A DNA stretch of 64,000 bases, from NCBI GenBank assembly GCA_963816355.1, contig CAWFKH010000001.1, positions 256,001 to 320,000 of the forward strand. Direction: 5' to 3'. Position numbers and translations under genes: made by a program. Of the stretch, positions 1-10,067 are shown in pieces (the stretch's first letter is position 1; each line of letters begins with the position of its first letter). The notes under the pieces are model-generated. The model did not search any database. It saw only the letters and a program-made list of their open reading frames with translations, and was not told the origin of the DNA. The stretch comes from an uncultured Gemmatimonadales bacterium (lineage in GTDB: Bacteria; Gemmatimonadota; Gemmatimonadetes; Longimicrobiales; RSA9).

Positions 1-508
1 GCTCGGCGGCGTCGTCAGCATGGCCATCGTCGCGACGTCCGCCGCGGCGGGCGGCGGCGCGGGGATCACGGGGGCGGAACGGATGGCGGTGCAGCTCGAG
101 CCGCTGCTCGGGTCGTGGGCGCGCGGCTTCTTCGCGCTCGGGCTGCTCGCCGCCGGCGTGACGTCGACGATCACGGCCCCGCTCGCGGCGGCCTACGCCA
201 CGGCCGGCGCGCTCGGCTGGCCCCGCGACTTGCGCGACCGCCGCCTCCGCGGCGTCTGGTTGGCGGTCGTCGGGACCGGAGCGGCGTTCGCGGTGGCGGG
301 CGTGCGCCCCGTCCCGGCGATCCTCTTCGCGCAGGTCGCCAACGGTCTCCTGCTTCCCGCCGTGGCGGTCTTCCTGCTCGTGGCCGCGAACGACCGCGAG
401 GCGATGGGACGCTGGACGAACGGATGGGTCCTCAACATCATCGGCTCCCTGGTGGTCCTGGTCGCGCTGGGGCTCGGTCTCCGCGCCGTCTGGCTCGCCC
501 TCTGGTGA
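1..508 (+). CDS. NRAMP-family divalent metal transporter, C-terminal part (5' truncated by window edge)
   Basis: Multi-TM ORF with LEPLLG..A..F.LGL.AAG.TS.ITAPLAAAY and AQVANG.LLP motifs typical of NRAMP C-termini; stop at 508. Confidence 0.8.
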   Translation, partial: LGGVVSMAIVATSAAAGGGAGITGAERMAVQLEPLLGSWARGFFALGLLAAGVTSTITAPLAAAYATAGALGWPRDLRDRRLRGVWLAVVGTGAAFAVAGVRPVPAILFAQVANGLLLPAVAVFLLVAANDREAMGRWTNGWVLNIIGSLVVLVALGLGLRAVWLALW

Positions 509-509
509 G

Positions 510-590
510 CGGGCACCGCGACGAACGCCCTTCGCGCCCTCCGCGCCCTCCGCGTGAAATCATTCCGGCGAGTCGGCCGCGCCGCAGGCC
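510..590. repeat. Partial (right-end) copy of the fold-back repeat at 62357-62886
   Basis: ccctccgcgccctccgcgtgaaatcattccggcgagtcggccgcgccgc aligns with cctccgcgacctccgcgtgaaaccacttccggcgcgtcggccgcgccgc at ~62819-62867. Confidence 0.8.
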
Positions 591-667
591 AGCAGAAAAG
601 CGGCGTCCCCGGGGATTCGCCGCCTCCGCGATTGCGTGCGCGGGCCCGCGCCGGCATCTTGCGTGGC

Positions 668-958
668 ATGATCGACGAACGCTTCGACGGGAACGGCCTG
701 CGCGAGGCCCGTCGCGAGATGGCCCGCCTGCGACGCGCGATACGGCGCTCGCGGAGGGAGTTGGAGGAAGCGACGTCGGCGCTCCACGATGCCCCCGCCA
801 CGGACTTCCCGGAGCGCGCTTTCTCGCGGGCGAGCGAGCACCTCGGGCAGGCGGGTGCGTTGATCGAGCGTCAGACGCAGCGGCTGCGGGAGCAGCTCCT
901 CGGGGCCGGCGCGCTCGACGGGGCCGCAGTCGGGCGGGTTCCGGATGGCGTCGACTGA
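668..958 (+). CDS. Small helical hypothetical protein
   Basis: ATG 668 lies 7 nt after TTGCGT-N17-CATCTT (leaderless arrangement); overlaps next gene. Confidence 0.6.
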   Translation: MIDERFDGNGLREARREMARLRRAIRRSRRELEEATSALHDAPATDFPERAFSRASEHLGQAGALIERQTQRLREQLLGAGALDGAAVGRVPDGVD

Positions 959-1427
959 GCCGCAGGACGGCGTCCACCTCTTCCTGTACGGGGCGCTGTT
1001 GACCGGCGACGGCGCGCAAAGCCTGCTCGCCGGCTGCGAACGCGTCGGGACAGGCTCCGTCCACGGCACGCTCTACGACCTCGGCGACTTCCCCGCGCTG
1101 TTGCTCGCCGGCGCCGACGGCGTGCGGGGCGAGATCTGGAGGTGTCCGCCGGCGCGGATCCTGGCCATCGACCGGGAGCGGGCGGTGGAGGAGGGCGCGT
1201 TTCGCCGCGTGGGCGTAGACGTCGAGGGGACGGGCTGCTGGACGTACGTCGCGGGGCCCGCGCTGGGCGCCCGGCTCGGACGCGCCGCGCGGATCCGCTC
1301 CGGAGAGTGGCATGGCAGGGCAACTCCGCGCGATGGCGCGGAGATTGAACAACGGTGCGGCGGCCTCCGCGGAAGCACCTCGCCCGCGGCCGTCGATGGG
1401 CCGAAGCGAAAGGAAGGTGGCGTCTGA
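945..1427 (+). CDS. Gamma-glutamylcyclotransferase (AIG2-like) family protein
   Basis: LFLYGALL, GTLYDLGDFPAL, V.GEIW and I.SGEW motifs. Confidence 0.75.
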   Translation: MASTEPQDGVHLFLYGALLTGDGAQSLLAGCERVGTGSVHGTLYDLGDFPALLLAGADGVRGEIWRCPPARILAIDRERAVEEGAFRRVGVDVEGTGCWTYVAGPALGARLGRAARIRSGEWHGRATPRDGAEIEQRCGGLRGSTSPAAVDGPKRKEGGV

Positions 1428-2179
1428 TCCGGCATATCACACCTCGCGCCGCGGCGCTTCTCGCGCTGATCCTCGCGGCGGCCCCCGCCGCGCTCACCGC
1501 CCAGTCGACCGGCGCGCGTCCGGCGCAGAGGCTCCGTCTCACGGTGTCGGGCGGCGTCCGTCTCGGCTACACGCTCCAGCTGAACGAGGCGATCGTGGCG
1601 ACCACGCAGACCGGCGCGATCGTGCAGGTCGAGCCGAAGGAGGCGCCGCAGCTCGCGCTGGACGCGGACTTGGCGCTCGGCGATGCGTGGAGCGTGGTCG
1701 CGACCGGCGCCTACGTCCTGCCTGCCGACGCGACGATCACGGTGACCAGCGTAGAGGGCATCACGAGCTTCCAGGAGCCCTACGGCAGCACGATCTTCGG
1801 CCGCGCGGCGCTGCAGTGGCGCGTGACGTCGGGGGCCTCCCGGTCGGAAGAAGGGGTGCAGCACCCGACGGCGTACTTCTTCGGCGGCCCGGCTCTGGTG
1901 CTGCGCAGGCCGAAGCGCCTGCAGGGCGAATCGGCATCGTCGAGCTCGTTCAGCCAGCCGGCCATCAGCGTCGGGGTTCGCGCGGAGACGCACATTCCGA
2001 GGTGGGAGCGGGTGTCGCTGCAGCTCGTGCTCGAGGACTACTTCGTGTTCTGGAACGCGAGCCAGGAGTCGGAGCACGGCCAGATCTTCCTCGAGCGCGC
2101 GGGCACGAACGCGGCGCCGCTGGACAGCAACGACTCCCACGTGCTCTCCCTGCGGGCCGGCCTCGCCTTCAGCTTCTGA
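1424..2179 (+). CDS. Secreted, probable outer-membrane beta-barrel protein
   Basis: Signal peptide, alternating beta-strand pattern, C-terminal LRAGLAFSF (terminal Phe); start inferred at CTG 1424 overlapping upstream TGA, after AAGGAAGG. Confidence 0.6.
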   Translation: MIRHITPRAAALLALILAAAPAALTAQSTGARPAQRLRLTVSGGVRLGYTLQLNEAIVATTQTGAIVQVEPKEAPQLALDADLALGDAWSVVATGAYVLPADATITVTSVEGITSFQEPYGSTIFGRAALQWRVTSGASRSEEGVQHPTAYFFGGPALVLRRPKRLQGESASSSSFSQPAISVGVRAETHIPRWERVSLQLVLEDYFVFWNASQESEHGQIFLERAGTNAAPLDSNDSHVLSLRAGLAFSF

Positions 2180-2212
2180 GCCTCGACACGATTCCCCCCA
2201 CGGAAGCATCGC

Positions 2213-3190
2213 ATGGTTGACGACATCGCCTCGGAGCGCGACCCGGTGGTCGAGCTCTCCGGGGTCGAGAAGCGCTTCGACGGCAAGCTCGCGGTCGACC
2301 GGTTCGAGCTCGTCGTGCCGCAGGGATCGACCTACGGGCTGCTCGGACCGAACGGCGCGGGCAAGACGACGACGATCCGCATGATGCTGCAGATCCTGGA
2401 GCCGGACCGCGGCAGTGTTCGCCTCTTCGGCGCTCCGGCGGGTCGCGCCGCGCTGGACCGCATCGGCTATCTGCCGGAGGAGCGGGGGCTGTACAAGCGC
2501 ATGAAGGTGGCCGAGGTGCTCTCCTTCCTGGCGGAGCTGAAGGGCGTGCGCCCCCGCGAGGCGAGGCCGCGGATCGAGCGTTGGCTCGAGCGGCTCGGTC
2601 TCGGCGATCGGGGAGGGTCGAAGGTGCAGGAGCTGTCGAAGGGGATGCAGCAAAAGATCCAGTTCATCGGCGCCATGCTGCACGAGCCCGAGCTCGTGAT
2701 CCTGGACGAGCCGTTCAGCGGGCTCGACCCGATCAATCAGCGCGTGCTCAAGGAGATCGTCGCGGAGCTCCGCGCCGAGGGCCGCACGATCATCTTCTGC
2801 ACCCACATGATCGAGCACGCGGAGCGCATCTGTGATCACGTGTGCATCATCGCGAACGGCCGCAAGGTGGTCGATGGCGCAGTCTCGGACGTGAAGCGGG
2901 AGCACGGCGGAGAGTACGTCGCCGTCGCCTTCGAACGGTGGAGCGCCGAAGCGGACGCGACACTTCGCGCCTCCTCGGTCGTCGACCGCGTCTCGATCGA
3001 CGGCAGTGCGGCGGAAGTTGCGTTGCGCCCGGGCGCGGATGCGCAGACGCTTCTCGACGAGCTGGTTCGCGCGGGGCTGCGCCTGCGCCGGTTCGAATAC
3101 ATCGAGCCGTCGCTGGAGCAGATCTTCGTCGAGCGCGTGGGGGCGGCGCCGGACGAGACGGGCGCGATCGAGGAGACGGCGAATGTCTAG
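2213..3190 (+). CDS. ABC-2 type transporter ATP-binding protein (NatA-like)
   Basis: Walker A GPNGAGKTT, LSKGMQQK signature, Walker B ILDEPFSGLD. Confidence 0.95.
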   Translation: MVDDIASERDPVVELSGVEKRFDGKLAVDRFELVVPQGSTYGLLGPNGAGKTTTIRMMLQILEPDRGSVRLFGAPAGRAALDRIGYLPEERGLYKRMKVAEVLSFLAELKGVRPREARPRIERWLERLGLGDRGGSKVQELSKGMQQKIQFIGAMLHEPELVILDEPFSGLDPINQRVLKEIVAELRAEGRTIIFCTHMIEHAERICDHVCIIANGRKVVDGAVSDVKREHGGEYVAVAFERWSAEADATLRASSVVDRVSIDGSAAEVALRPGADAQTLLDELVRAGLRLRRFEYIEPSLEQIFVERVGAAPDETGAIEETANV

Positions 3191-4574
3191 GAGCGGCGCG
3201 GTGATCAAGCGCGAGTTCCTGGCGAGCGTCCGCTCCCGGACCTTCCTGTTCGGCACGCTGTTCGGGCCGATCATCATGATCGGCGCGCTGCTCGTGCCGG
3301 TGCTCCTGGCGAAGAAGGCGGAAGAGAACCAGACGATCGCCATCGTGGACCTCTCGGGCCGGGGCATCGGTCAGGACGCGATGCGCATGCTGGACGCACT
3401 GGTCCGCATCCGCCGTCAGGGCGATTCGGCGCAGGTCGCGGCGCGTCGCGCCCGCGCAGCGCATTTGCGCAACCCTTCGGCGGGCGCCACCCTCGCTACG
3501 GCTCCGCCGATGGCCGCGCAGGCGGGCATCGGTCACACGGACTTCGACATCCGCCTGCAGACGCCTGCGCTGCAGGACACGGTGGGGCTCCGCGACGCGC
3601 TCGCGGCGAAGATGACGGCGGGTGATCTCGACGGCTACCTCTGGATTCCAGCGGAAGCGGTAGCGGGCGAGCGGGCGGAGTACATCTCCAAGAACGTGCC
3701 CGGCTTCAGCGCCCTCGCTCAGCTTCGCACGGCGGTGCAGAGCGCCGTGCAGCAGCGTCGACTGGAAAACGCCGGGCTGGATCCCCGCGAGGTCGCCGGC
3801 GCGCTGCGGCCGATCGCGTTCGATGCGCGCAAGCTGGGCGCGGAGAGCGGCGCCGCGGCGCCGGAGCTCGCGCTGATCGTCGCCACCTTCCTCGGCCTGC
3901 TCGTCTACATGGTGGTGATCCTCTACGGCAACGGCATCATGCGGGGCGTACTGGAGGAGAAGCGCGATCGCATCGTGGAGGTGATCCTCAGCTCGATCCG
4001 CGCCCGGGACCTGATGCTCGGCAAGGTGCTGGGGATCGGGGCGGCAGGACTGACGCAGGTCCTCGTCTGGTTCCTGTTCGCCGGCGTCCTCGTGCGTTAC
4101 GGCGCGACGATCGCCGAGCGAACCGGAGCCACACTGCCCCCGCTGCCGAGCCTGCCGCTGCCGTTCGTGGCGACCTTCCTGGTCTTCTTCACGATCGGGT
4201 TCCTCCTGTACTCGGCGCTCTACGCGAGCATGGGCGCGATCGTCACCTCGGATCAGGAGGCGCAGCAGCTGCAGTTTCCCGTGCTGCTCCCGCTCATCGC
4301 GGCCGTCTTCATGCAGCAGAGCGTGATCACGGACCCGGAGGGGCCGGTGGCCGTCTGGGGATCGATCATCCCCTTGACGTCTCCCATCATCATGCCGGTC
4401 CGCGCCTATCTGTCCGACGTCCCCTTCTCGCAGATCGCAGCAGCCGCCGCGCTGGGCGCCGCCACCGTGCTCACGCTGCTCTGGCTCGCCGCGAAGATCT
4501 ATCGCATCGGTATTCTCTCGACCGGCAAGCGGCCGACCATGGCCGAGCTGTGGAGATGGCTGCGTACGGCCTGA
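3183..4574 (+). CDS. ABC-2 type transporter permease (NatB-like)
   Basis: KREF N-terminus, EEK.DRI.EVILSS motif, ~6 TM; overlaps the ATPase gene. Confidence 0.9.
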   Translation: MSRSGAVIKREFLASVRSRTFLFGTLFGPIIMIGALLVPVLLAKKAEENQTIAIVDLSGRGIGQDAMRMLDALVRIRRQGDSAQVAARRARAAHLRNPSAGATLATAPPMAAQAGIGHTDFDIRLQTPALQDTVGLRDALAAKMTAGDLDGYLWIPAEAVAGERAEYISKNVPGFSALAQLRTAVQSAVQQRRLENAGLDPREVAGALRPIAFDARKLGAESGAAAPELALIVATFLGLLVYMVVILYGNGIMRGVLEEKRDRIVEVILSSIRARDLMLGKVLGIGAAGLTQVLVWFLFAGVLVRYGATIAERTGATLPPLPSLPLPFVATFLVFFTIGFLLYSALYASMGAIVTSDQEAQQLQFPVLLPLIAAVFMQQSVITDPEGPVAVWGSIIPLTSPIIMPVRAYLSDVPFSQIAAAAALGAATVLTLLWLAAKIYRIGILSTGKRPTMAELWRWLRTA

Positions 4575-5626
4575 TCGCCGCGCTGCTCGCCGTCGTCGTG
4601 CTCCTGGCGATCGCGATCCGGGAGCTGCGCTCCCTCGCCCGTACCGCCGCCGCCGACCGCGTCGAGGCCAAGGTCGACGCGCTCTCCGATCAGCTCGGCG
4701 CCCGCGTCGGCGAATCCGCCGAGGCGACGCGCGCCCTCACCCGCATCGTCGGCGACCAGCTCGCCGGCTCCGGCCGCTCCCTGGCCGAGCTCGCCGAGCG
4801 TCTCGGCCGGCTCGACGAGGCGACCCGCCAGGTCGAGCGCGTCGGCCGTTCGATCAGCGGACTCGAGCAGCTTCTCGCCTCGCCCAAGCTGCGGGGGGGT
4901 CTCGGGGAGTGGTCGCTCGAGATGCTGCTCTACGAAGTGCTCCCCGCCGAGCAGATCGCCCGCCAGCACCGGCTTCCCTCGCGCGACGTCGTCGTCGACA
5001 TCGCCATACGGGCGCCGGAGGGACGCCTCGTCCCCGTCGACAGCAAGTTCCCGCTCGAATCGTTCCGCCGCCTCGCCGAGGCGGAAGCCACGGGAGAGGA
5101 CGCCACCTCGCTGCGCCGCGAGTTCCACCGCGCCGTGCGGGGCCGGGTCGACGAGATCTCGCGCAAGTACATATGCCCGGAGGACGGCACCCTCGACTTC
5201 GCCCTCATGTTCATCCCTTCCGAGAGCATCTACTACGAGATCGCCGTACGCGACGAGGCGGCGGCCTTCCTCGAGTACAGCCACGCGCGACGGGTCTTCC
5301 CGTGCTCGCCGAACACGCTCTACACCTACCTGCAGACGATCCTCCTGGGGCTGCGCGGTCTCCGCATCGCCGAGCACGCGCGCGAGATACACGCCACCTT
5401 CGACCACCTCTCCCAGGACGCCGCGCGGCTGCGGGAGCTCTTCGACCGCGCGTCCACGCAGCTCCGCAACGCGCTCCAGAACCTCGATGCCGTGGGGGGC
5501 GCGCTCGGGCGCATCGAGGAACGCCTCGCCGCCGCGAGCCGGCCCGGGTCCGTGCCATCCAATCCCGCCGCCGAGACGACGGCCGAAGCGGCGGAATCCG
5601 CGTCCGCGCTGCCGCCCCGACGCTGA
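4550..5626 (+). CDS. rmuC: DNA recombination protein RmuC
   Basis: N-terminal TM plus coiled coil; RG.LGE..LE, PVDSKFP, KYI, TLDFALMFIPSE motifs. Confidence 0.9.
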   Translation: MEMAAYGLIAALLAVVVLLAIAIRELRSLARTAAADRVEAKVDALSDQLGARVGESAEATRALTRIVGDQLAGSGRSLAELAERLGRLDEATRQVERVGRSISGLEQLLASPKLRGGLGEWSLEMLLYEVLPAEQIARQHRLPSRDVVVDIAIRAPEGRLVPVDSKFPLESFRRLAEAEATGEDATSLRREFHRAVRGRVDEISRKYICPEDGTLDFALMFIPSESIYYEIAVRDEAAAFLEYSHARRVFPCSPNTLYTYLQTILLGLRGLRIAEHAREIHATFDHLSQDAARLRELFDRASTQLRNALQNLDAVGGALGRIEERLAAASRPGSVPSNPAAETTAEAAESASALPPRR

Positions 5627-5758
5627 CCGAGGACGCGACGGGCCAGCTTCGTACCGCCTCGGGCTCCCCCCTTTCGCCTCCGAACGAAATCCGAAACATT
5701 GCGGGTGCCGCGCCGGGCGCGCGGCGGTGAACGTGTCCTGAACCCTGCCGGATGATCC

Positions 5759-8224
5759 ATGGTCGGAATCGAGCCGAGAGAGCGCGTGCTGCAGCGATTC
5801 ATCGAGGAGGAGATGCGCGAGTCCTTCCTCGACTACTCGATGAGCGTGATCGTGCAGCGGGCCCTTCCTGACGTGAAGGACGGACTGAAGCCGGTGCACC
5901 GGCGCATCCTCCACGCGATGAACGGCCTGGGGCTCGGCCCCACGCGGCCGTACAAGAAGAGCGCGGCGGTGGTCGGCGAGGTGCTGGGGAAGTACCACCC
6001 GCACGGGGACACCGCGGTCTACGACACGCTCGTGCGCATGGTGCAGGACTTCTCGCTGCGCTACCCGCTGATCGACGGGCAGGGGAACTTCGGCTCGATC
6101 GACGGCGACAACGCCGCGGCGTACCGCTACACCGAGGCACGGCTCGAGCCGGTCGCGCTCTCGCTGCTGGAGGACATCGACAAGGACACGGTCGACTTCA
6201 TCCCCACCTTCGACAGCCAGCGGCAGGAGCCGGTCGTGTTGCCGGCGCGGCTGCCGAACCTGCTCGTGAACGGAAGCTCCGGCATCGCCGTGGGGATGAG
6301 CACCAACGTGCCCCCGCACAACCTGCGCGAGGTCGCGGCCGCGGTGCGGCTCCTTCTGGAGGAACCGGAGTGCACGCTCGACGACCTGATCGCTCTCGTG
6401 CCGGGTCCGGACTTCCCGACCGGCGGTCTGATCATCGGTCGAGAGGGGATCCGCGACGCGTACGCGAGCGGTCGCGGCCGCATCGTGATGCGGGGCCGGG
6501 TGCAGAAGGAGGCGCGGCGCGACGGCAAGGAGCAGCTCGTCGTGACGGAGCTGCCGTACGGCATCTCCAAGGCGCGCGTCGTGGAGCAGATCGCGGACCT
6601 CGTGCGGCACCGCAAGCTGGACCAGGTGAGCGACCTGCGCGACGAGTCGGACCGTGACGGCATGCGCATCGCCATCGAGCTGAAACGCGGCGCGAAGCCG
6701 AAGGAGGTTCTGCGCTACCTGTGCCGCCACACCTATCTGCAGGCGACTTTCGGCGCGATCATGCTGGCGCTCGACGAGGGCGTGCCGCACGAGTTCTCGC
6801 TCAAGCGGATGTTGGAGCGCTACCGGGACCACCGCCTCGACGTGATCCGCCGGCGCACCCGCCACGAGCTCGAGGAGGCGCGCAAGGAGGCGCACATCGC
6901 AGAAGGGCTGCTCGTCGCGCTCGACAACATCGACGAGGTGATCTTGCTCATCCGCCAGGCGCGCGAGCGCGAGAGCGCCGCGGCCGCGCTGCGCCAGCGC
7001 TTCGATCTGAGTGAGATCCAGGCGGGCGCGATCCTCGACATGCGGCTGGTCCGTCTCACGACGCTGGAGCAGTCGGAGCTGACGAAGCGGGTGGCCGAGC
7101 TGCGCGAGCGCATCGCCGAGCTCGAGCAGCTGCTGGCGGAGGAGCGACTGCAGCGGGAGCTGCTCCTGCGCGAGCTGGACGAGCTGGTCGAGCGCTTCGG
7201 CGACGCCCGCCGCACCACGATCCTCGACACGCAGCGCAACGACTACGCGATTCCGGACCTCGTGGCGCAGGAGGAGTGGGTGGTCGTCACCACCCACGAG
7301 GGGTTCATCAAGCGGATCCCCGTCGCGCTCTACCGGCGTCGCATGCAGAGCGGCAAGCCGCTGGCGGGAATGGAACGCTACGACCAGGACCATGTGGAGC
7401 GGCTGTTCATCGCGGACACGCACGACACGCTCATCGTCCTCGCGCAGGATGGAAAGGCCCACGCGCTGCCGGTGCTCGAGATCCCCGAGACGGGCCGGTC
7501 CAGCCGCGGCCGCGCGATCGCCCAGCTTCTCGATCTGGAGGACGACGTCCCCGCCGCCCTGCTCAGCGCGCCCGCCGACTTCCCCTCGGACCGCTTCCTC
7601 CTCTTCGCCACCGCCGCGGGGACGGTCAAGAAGACCTCGCTCGATCAGTTCTCGAACCTGCGCGCCGGCGGCATCACGGCGATCAAGGTGCGCGACGACG
7701 ACCGCATCGTCGACGTGCGGCTGACCGACGGCACCAGCGACGTCGTCCTCGTCACGGCGCAGGGGCGCGCGATCCGCTTCCCGGAGGAGGAAGTGCCGGC
7801 AATGGGGCGGGCGGCGCAGGGCGTGAAGGGGATCGGCCTGCGCCGAGGCGACCGCGTCGTCGCACTCCTCACCGCCCGGCGCGACGGCCAGCTATGCACG
7901 GTGACGCAGCGGGGCTACGTGCAGCGCTCGCCGGTCGAGGAGTTCTCGCTCCAGCGCCGCGGGGGGCTCGGCAGCGTCGCCATGAAGATCACGGCGGCGA
8001 CGGGTCCGGTGGTGACGGCGCGGGAGCTCTTCCCCGGCGAGGACCTGGTGGTGGTGACGGAAGGGGGCGAGCCCCGGGTCGTCGGCGCAGAAACGATGGC
8101 GGGCAAGGGCAAGAAGCCGACGCGCGTGGCGGAGCCGGAGGAAGGGCCCGTGGTGGCGGCGACGATCGCGGCGCCCGCAGCGGGCGCCGGTGCCGAGCAG
8201 CTCGACCTGATCCCCTCCGACTGA
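5759..8224 (+). CDS. gyrA: DNA gyrase/topoisomerase IV subunit A (possibly the ParC-type paralog)
   Basis: [19 protein letters not shown], catalytic [11 protein letters not shown]-terminal beta-pinwheel repeats; canonical GyrA-box degenerate in the first blade; no B subunit adjacent. Confidence 0.9.
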   Translation: MVGIEPRERVLQRFIEEEMRESFLDYSMSVIVQRALPDVKDGLKPVHRRILHAMNGLGLGPTRPYKKSAAVVGEVLGKYHPHGDTAVYDTLVRMVQDFSLRYPLIDGQGNFGSIDGDNAAAYRYTEARLEPVALSLLEDIDKDTVDFIPTFDSQRQEPVVLPARLPNLLVNGSSGIAVGMSTNVPPHNLREVAAAVRLLLEEPECTLDDLIALVPGPDFPTGGLIIGREGIRDAYASGRGRIVMRGRVQKEARRDGKEQLVVTELPYGISKARVVEQIADLVRHRKLDQVSDLRDESDRDGMRIAIELKRGAKPKEVLRYLCRHTYLQATFGAIMLALDEGVPHEFSLKRMLERYRDHRLDVIRRRTRHELEEARKEAHIAEGLLVALDNIDEVILLIRQARERESAAAALRQRFDLSEIQAGAILDMRLVRLTTLEQSELTKRVAELRERIAELEQLLAEERLQRELLLRELDELVERFGDARRTTILDTQRNDYAIPDLVAQEEWVVVTTHEGFIKRIPVALYRRRMQSGKPLAGMERYDQDHVERLFIADTHDTLIVLAQDGKAHALPVLEIPETGRSSRGRAIAQLLDLEDDVPAALLSAPADFPSDRFLLFATAAGTVKKTSLDQFSNLRAGGITAIKVRDDDRIVDVRLTDGTSDVVLVTAQGRAIRFPEEEVPAMGRAAQGVKGIGLRRGDRVVALLTARRDGQLCTVTQRGYVQRSPVEEFSLQRRGGLGSVAMKITAATGPVVTARELFPGEDLVVVTEGGEPRVVGAETMAGKGKKPTRVAEPEEGPVVAATIAAPAAGAGAEQLDLIPSD

Positions 8225-8241
8225 GCGTCGGCGGGCGCGCC

Positions 8242-8541
8242 TCAGATGCCCAGCGAGGCGCGGATGAGGGGATCGATCCGCTCCGGCGACCACGGCGGCT
8301 CGAAGGTGAGCTCGACCTCCGCGTCGCTGACGCCGTCGATGGCCGAGACGGCGGCGCGCGCGTCTTCGATGATCTGCGTCGCCGCGGGGCACATGGGCGA
8401 GGTCAGCGACAGGAGGACGCGCACCGAGCCGTCGTCCGCCACGTCGATGTCGTAGACAAGGCCGAGAACGACCACGTCCAGGTTCAGCTCGGGATCCTTC
8501 ACGCGCCGAAGCGCCTTGCGGATCGTCTTCTCGTCGACCAT
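8242..8541 (-). CDS. SufT/DUF59 metal-sulfur cluster biosynthesis protein
   Basis: V.DPEL...VV.LGLVY, LTSP.CP, LTFEPPW motifs. Confidence 0.9.
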   Translation of the reverse strand: MVDEKTIRKALRRVKDPELNLDVVVLGLVYDIDVADDGSVRVLLSLTSPMCPAATQIIEDARAAVSAIDGVSDAEVELTFEPPWSPERIDPLIRASLGI

Positions 8542-8680
8542 TGAGGTTCCCTCTCAGCGATTCACGCGGCGTGCGCCGCTCCGGTGGGGCCGGCCCCGGT
8601 CGGCGGCGCGGCGTCGATGCGGGGCCAGGCTGATAAACCACAACCGCCCACGGGGTCCGAGGTACGGGGCGTGCGTCCGT

Positions 8681-8710
8681 TTGACACCCCGCCCGCGCAT
8701 GGGGTAGCCT
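8681..8710 (+). promoter_or_regulatory. Sigma70-type promoter of the Rdx-pfkA unit
   Basis: TTGACA-N18-TAGCCT. Confidence 0.6.
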
Positions 8711-8748
8711 GTTGCGGCGGTAGCTCTTCCTTGAACGGGAGCGGATCG

Positions 8749-8982
8749 ATGGCCGAGGGACCGAAGCGCATCAGCATCGAATATTGCGGCGTTTGAAACT
8801 ACGAGCCGCGGGCCTCCAGGTTGGAGGCGCAGCTCCGGGACGCGTTCCCGGGCACGGAGGTCGAGCTGAGCCGATCCAGCGGCGGCGTGTTCGAGGTGGT
8901 CGCCGACGGTGAGCTGATCTTCTCGAAGAAGGCGCTCGGGCGGCACGCGACCTGGGAAGAGATCTACGAGAAACTGAGGTGA
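8749..8982 (+). CDS. Rdx/SelT/SelW/SelH-family selenoprotein (Sec at TGA 8794-8796)
   Basis: Read-through gives MAEGPKRISIEYCGV-U-NYEPRASRLEAQLRDAFPGTEVELSRSSGGVFEVVADGELIFSKKALGRHATWEEIYEKLR, with CxxU, GGxFEV and IFSK..GR Rdx motifs; absent from the ORF track. Confidence 0.9.
8803..8835 (+). promoter_or_regulatory. Putative bacterial SECIS element
   Basis: Upper stem GCCTCCA/TGGAGGC with GGT loop (first loop G 23 nt after UGA), lower stem GAGC/GCTC. Confidence 0.75.
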
Positions 8983-10067
8983 ACATCCGCAAGATCGCGC
9001 TGAACACCGGTGGCGGCGATGCGCCGGGTCTGAACGCGGTGATCCGCGCCGTCGTCCTTGCCGGTACGCGCCAGGGCTGGGAGGTGTGGGGCATCCGGAA
9101 GGGGTACGGCGGACTGCTGGGAGAGGACGCGATTCTGCGGCTCGACCAGGACAGCGTCCGCGGCATCACGCACCTGGGCGGGACCATCCTCGGCACCACG
9201 AACCGCGGCAACCCGTTCGAATGGCCTTCCCGAGGGGCCAGCGGGGTGGAGGAAGGGGTCGATCGCTCGGACGAGGTCGTCGCCGAATTCCACCGTTACG
9301 GCTTCGACGCCCTGGTCGCGATCGGCGGCGACGGCTCGCTGCGCATCGCGAGCCGGCTCGCGGCCAAGGGGCTGCCGGTCGTCGGCGTGCCGAAGACGAT
9401 CGACAACGACCTCGCCTCCACGCAGGTGACCTTCGGCTTCCACACCGCCGTCCAGACCGCGACCAATGCGCTCGACAAGCTCGTCTCCACCGCCGAGAGT
9501 CACGAGCGCGTGATGGTCGTCGAGGTGATGGGCCGCAACACCGGATGGATCGCGCTCCATTCCGGCGTCAGCGCGAGCGCCGAAGTCGTGCTGCTGCCTG
9601 AGATCCCGTTCCGCATCGAGAGGATCTGCGAGAAGATCGAGGATCGCTACCGGCAGGGGCGGCGATTCGCGATCGTCGTCGTCGCCGAAGGCGCGGAGAT
9701 GCTCGGCGGCGCCGCGTTCGTGAAGGAGAGTGGCGGGCCCGGGCACGCCATGCGCTACGGCGGCATCGCCGAGTTCCTCGCCGCCGAGATCGCACGCCGG
9801 ACCGGCCGTGAGACCCGCTCGATCGTTCTCGGCCACCTGCAGCGCGGCGGCTCGCCCGTCTCCTACGACCGCCTCGTCGCACTTCGCTTCGGCGCCGCCG
9901 CCGTGCGCTGCGTCGCCGAGGAGCGCTTCGGCACCATGGTCGCGCTCGACCCGCCCGAGGTCCGGGCCGTCCCCCTCGAAGAAGCCGTCTCGCACATCAA
10001 ACGCGTGCCGCTCGACTCCGACACCGTCCTGACCGCGCGCGCGCTCGGAATCTCCTTCGGCGACTGA
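8979..10067 (+). CDS. pfkA: 6-phosphofructokinase (group III type)
   Basis: TGGGDAPGLN, GGTILGT, GGDGS, PKTIDND, EVMGR, LGHLQRGG; GTG start overlaps the Rdx stop (GTGA). Confidence 0.95.
   Translation: MNIRKIALNTGGGDAPGLNAVIRAVVLAGTRQGWEVWGIRKGYGGLLGEDAILRLDQDSVRGITHLGGTILGTTNRGNPFEWPSRGASGVEEGVDRSDEVVAEFHRYGFDALVAIGGDGSLRIASRLAAKGLPVVGVPKTIDNDLASTQVTFGFHTAVQTATNALDKLVSTAESHERVMVVEVMGRNTGWIALHSGVSASAEVVLLPEIPFRIERICEKIEDRYRQGRRFAIVVVAEGAEMLGGAAFVKESGGPGHAMRYGGIAEFLAAEIARRTGRETRSIVLGHLQRGGSPVSYDRLVALRFGAAAVRCVAEERFGTMVALDPPEVRAVPLEEAVSHIKRVPLDSDTVLTARALGISFGD

Noticed and set aside
5995..6030. Thr at the Ser83-equivalent QRDR position as a quinolone-resistance mutation
   Set aside because: Thr occurs naturally at this position in wild-type GyrA of some bacteria
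8749..8982. Rdx gene as a nonsense pseudogene
   Set aside because: The TGA sits exactly at the CxxU position, a SECIS-like hairpin follows, and the downstream frame is intact
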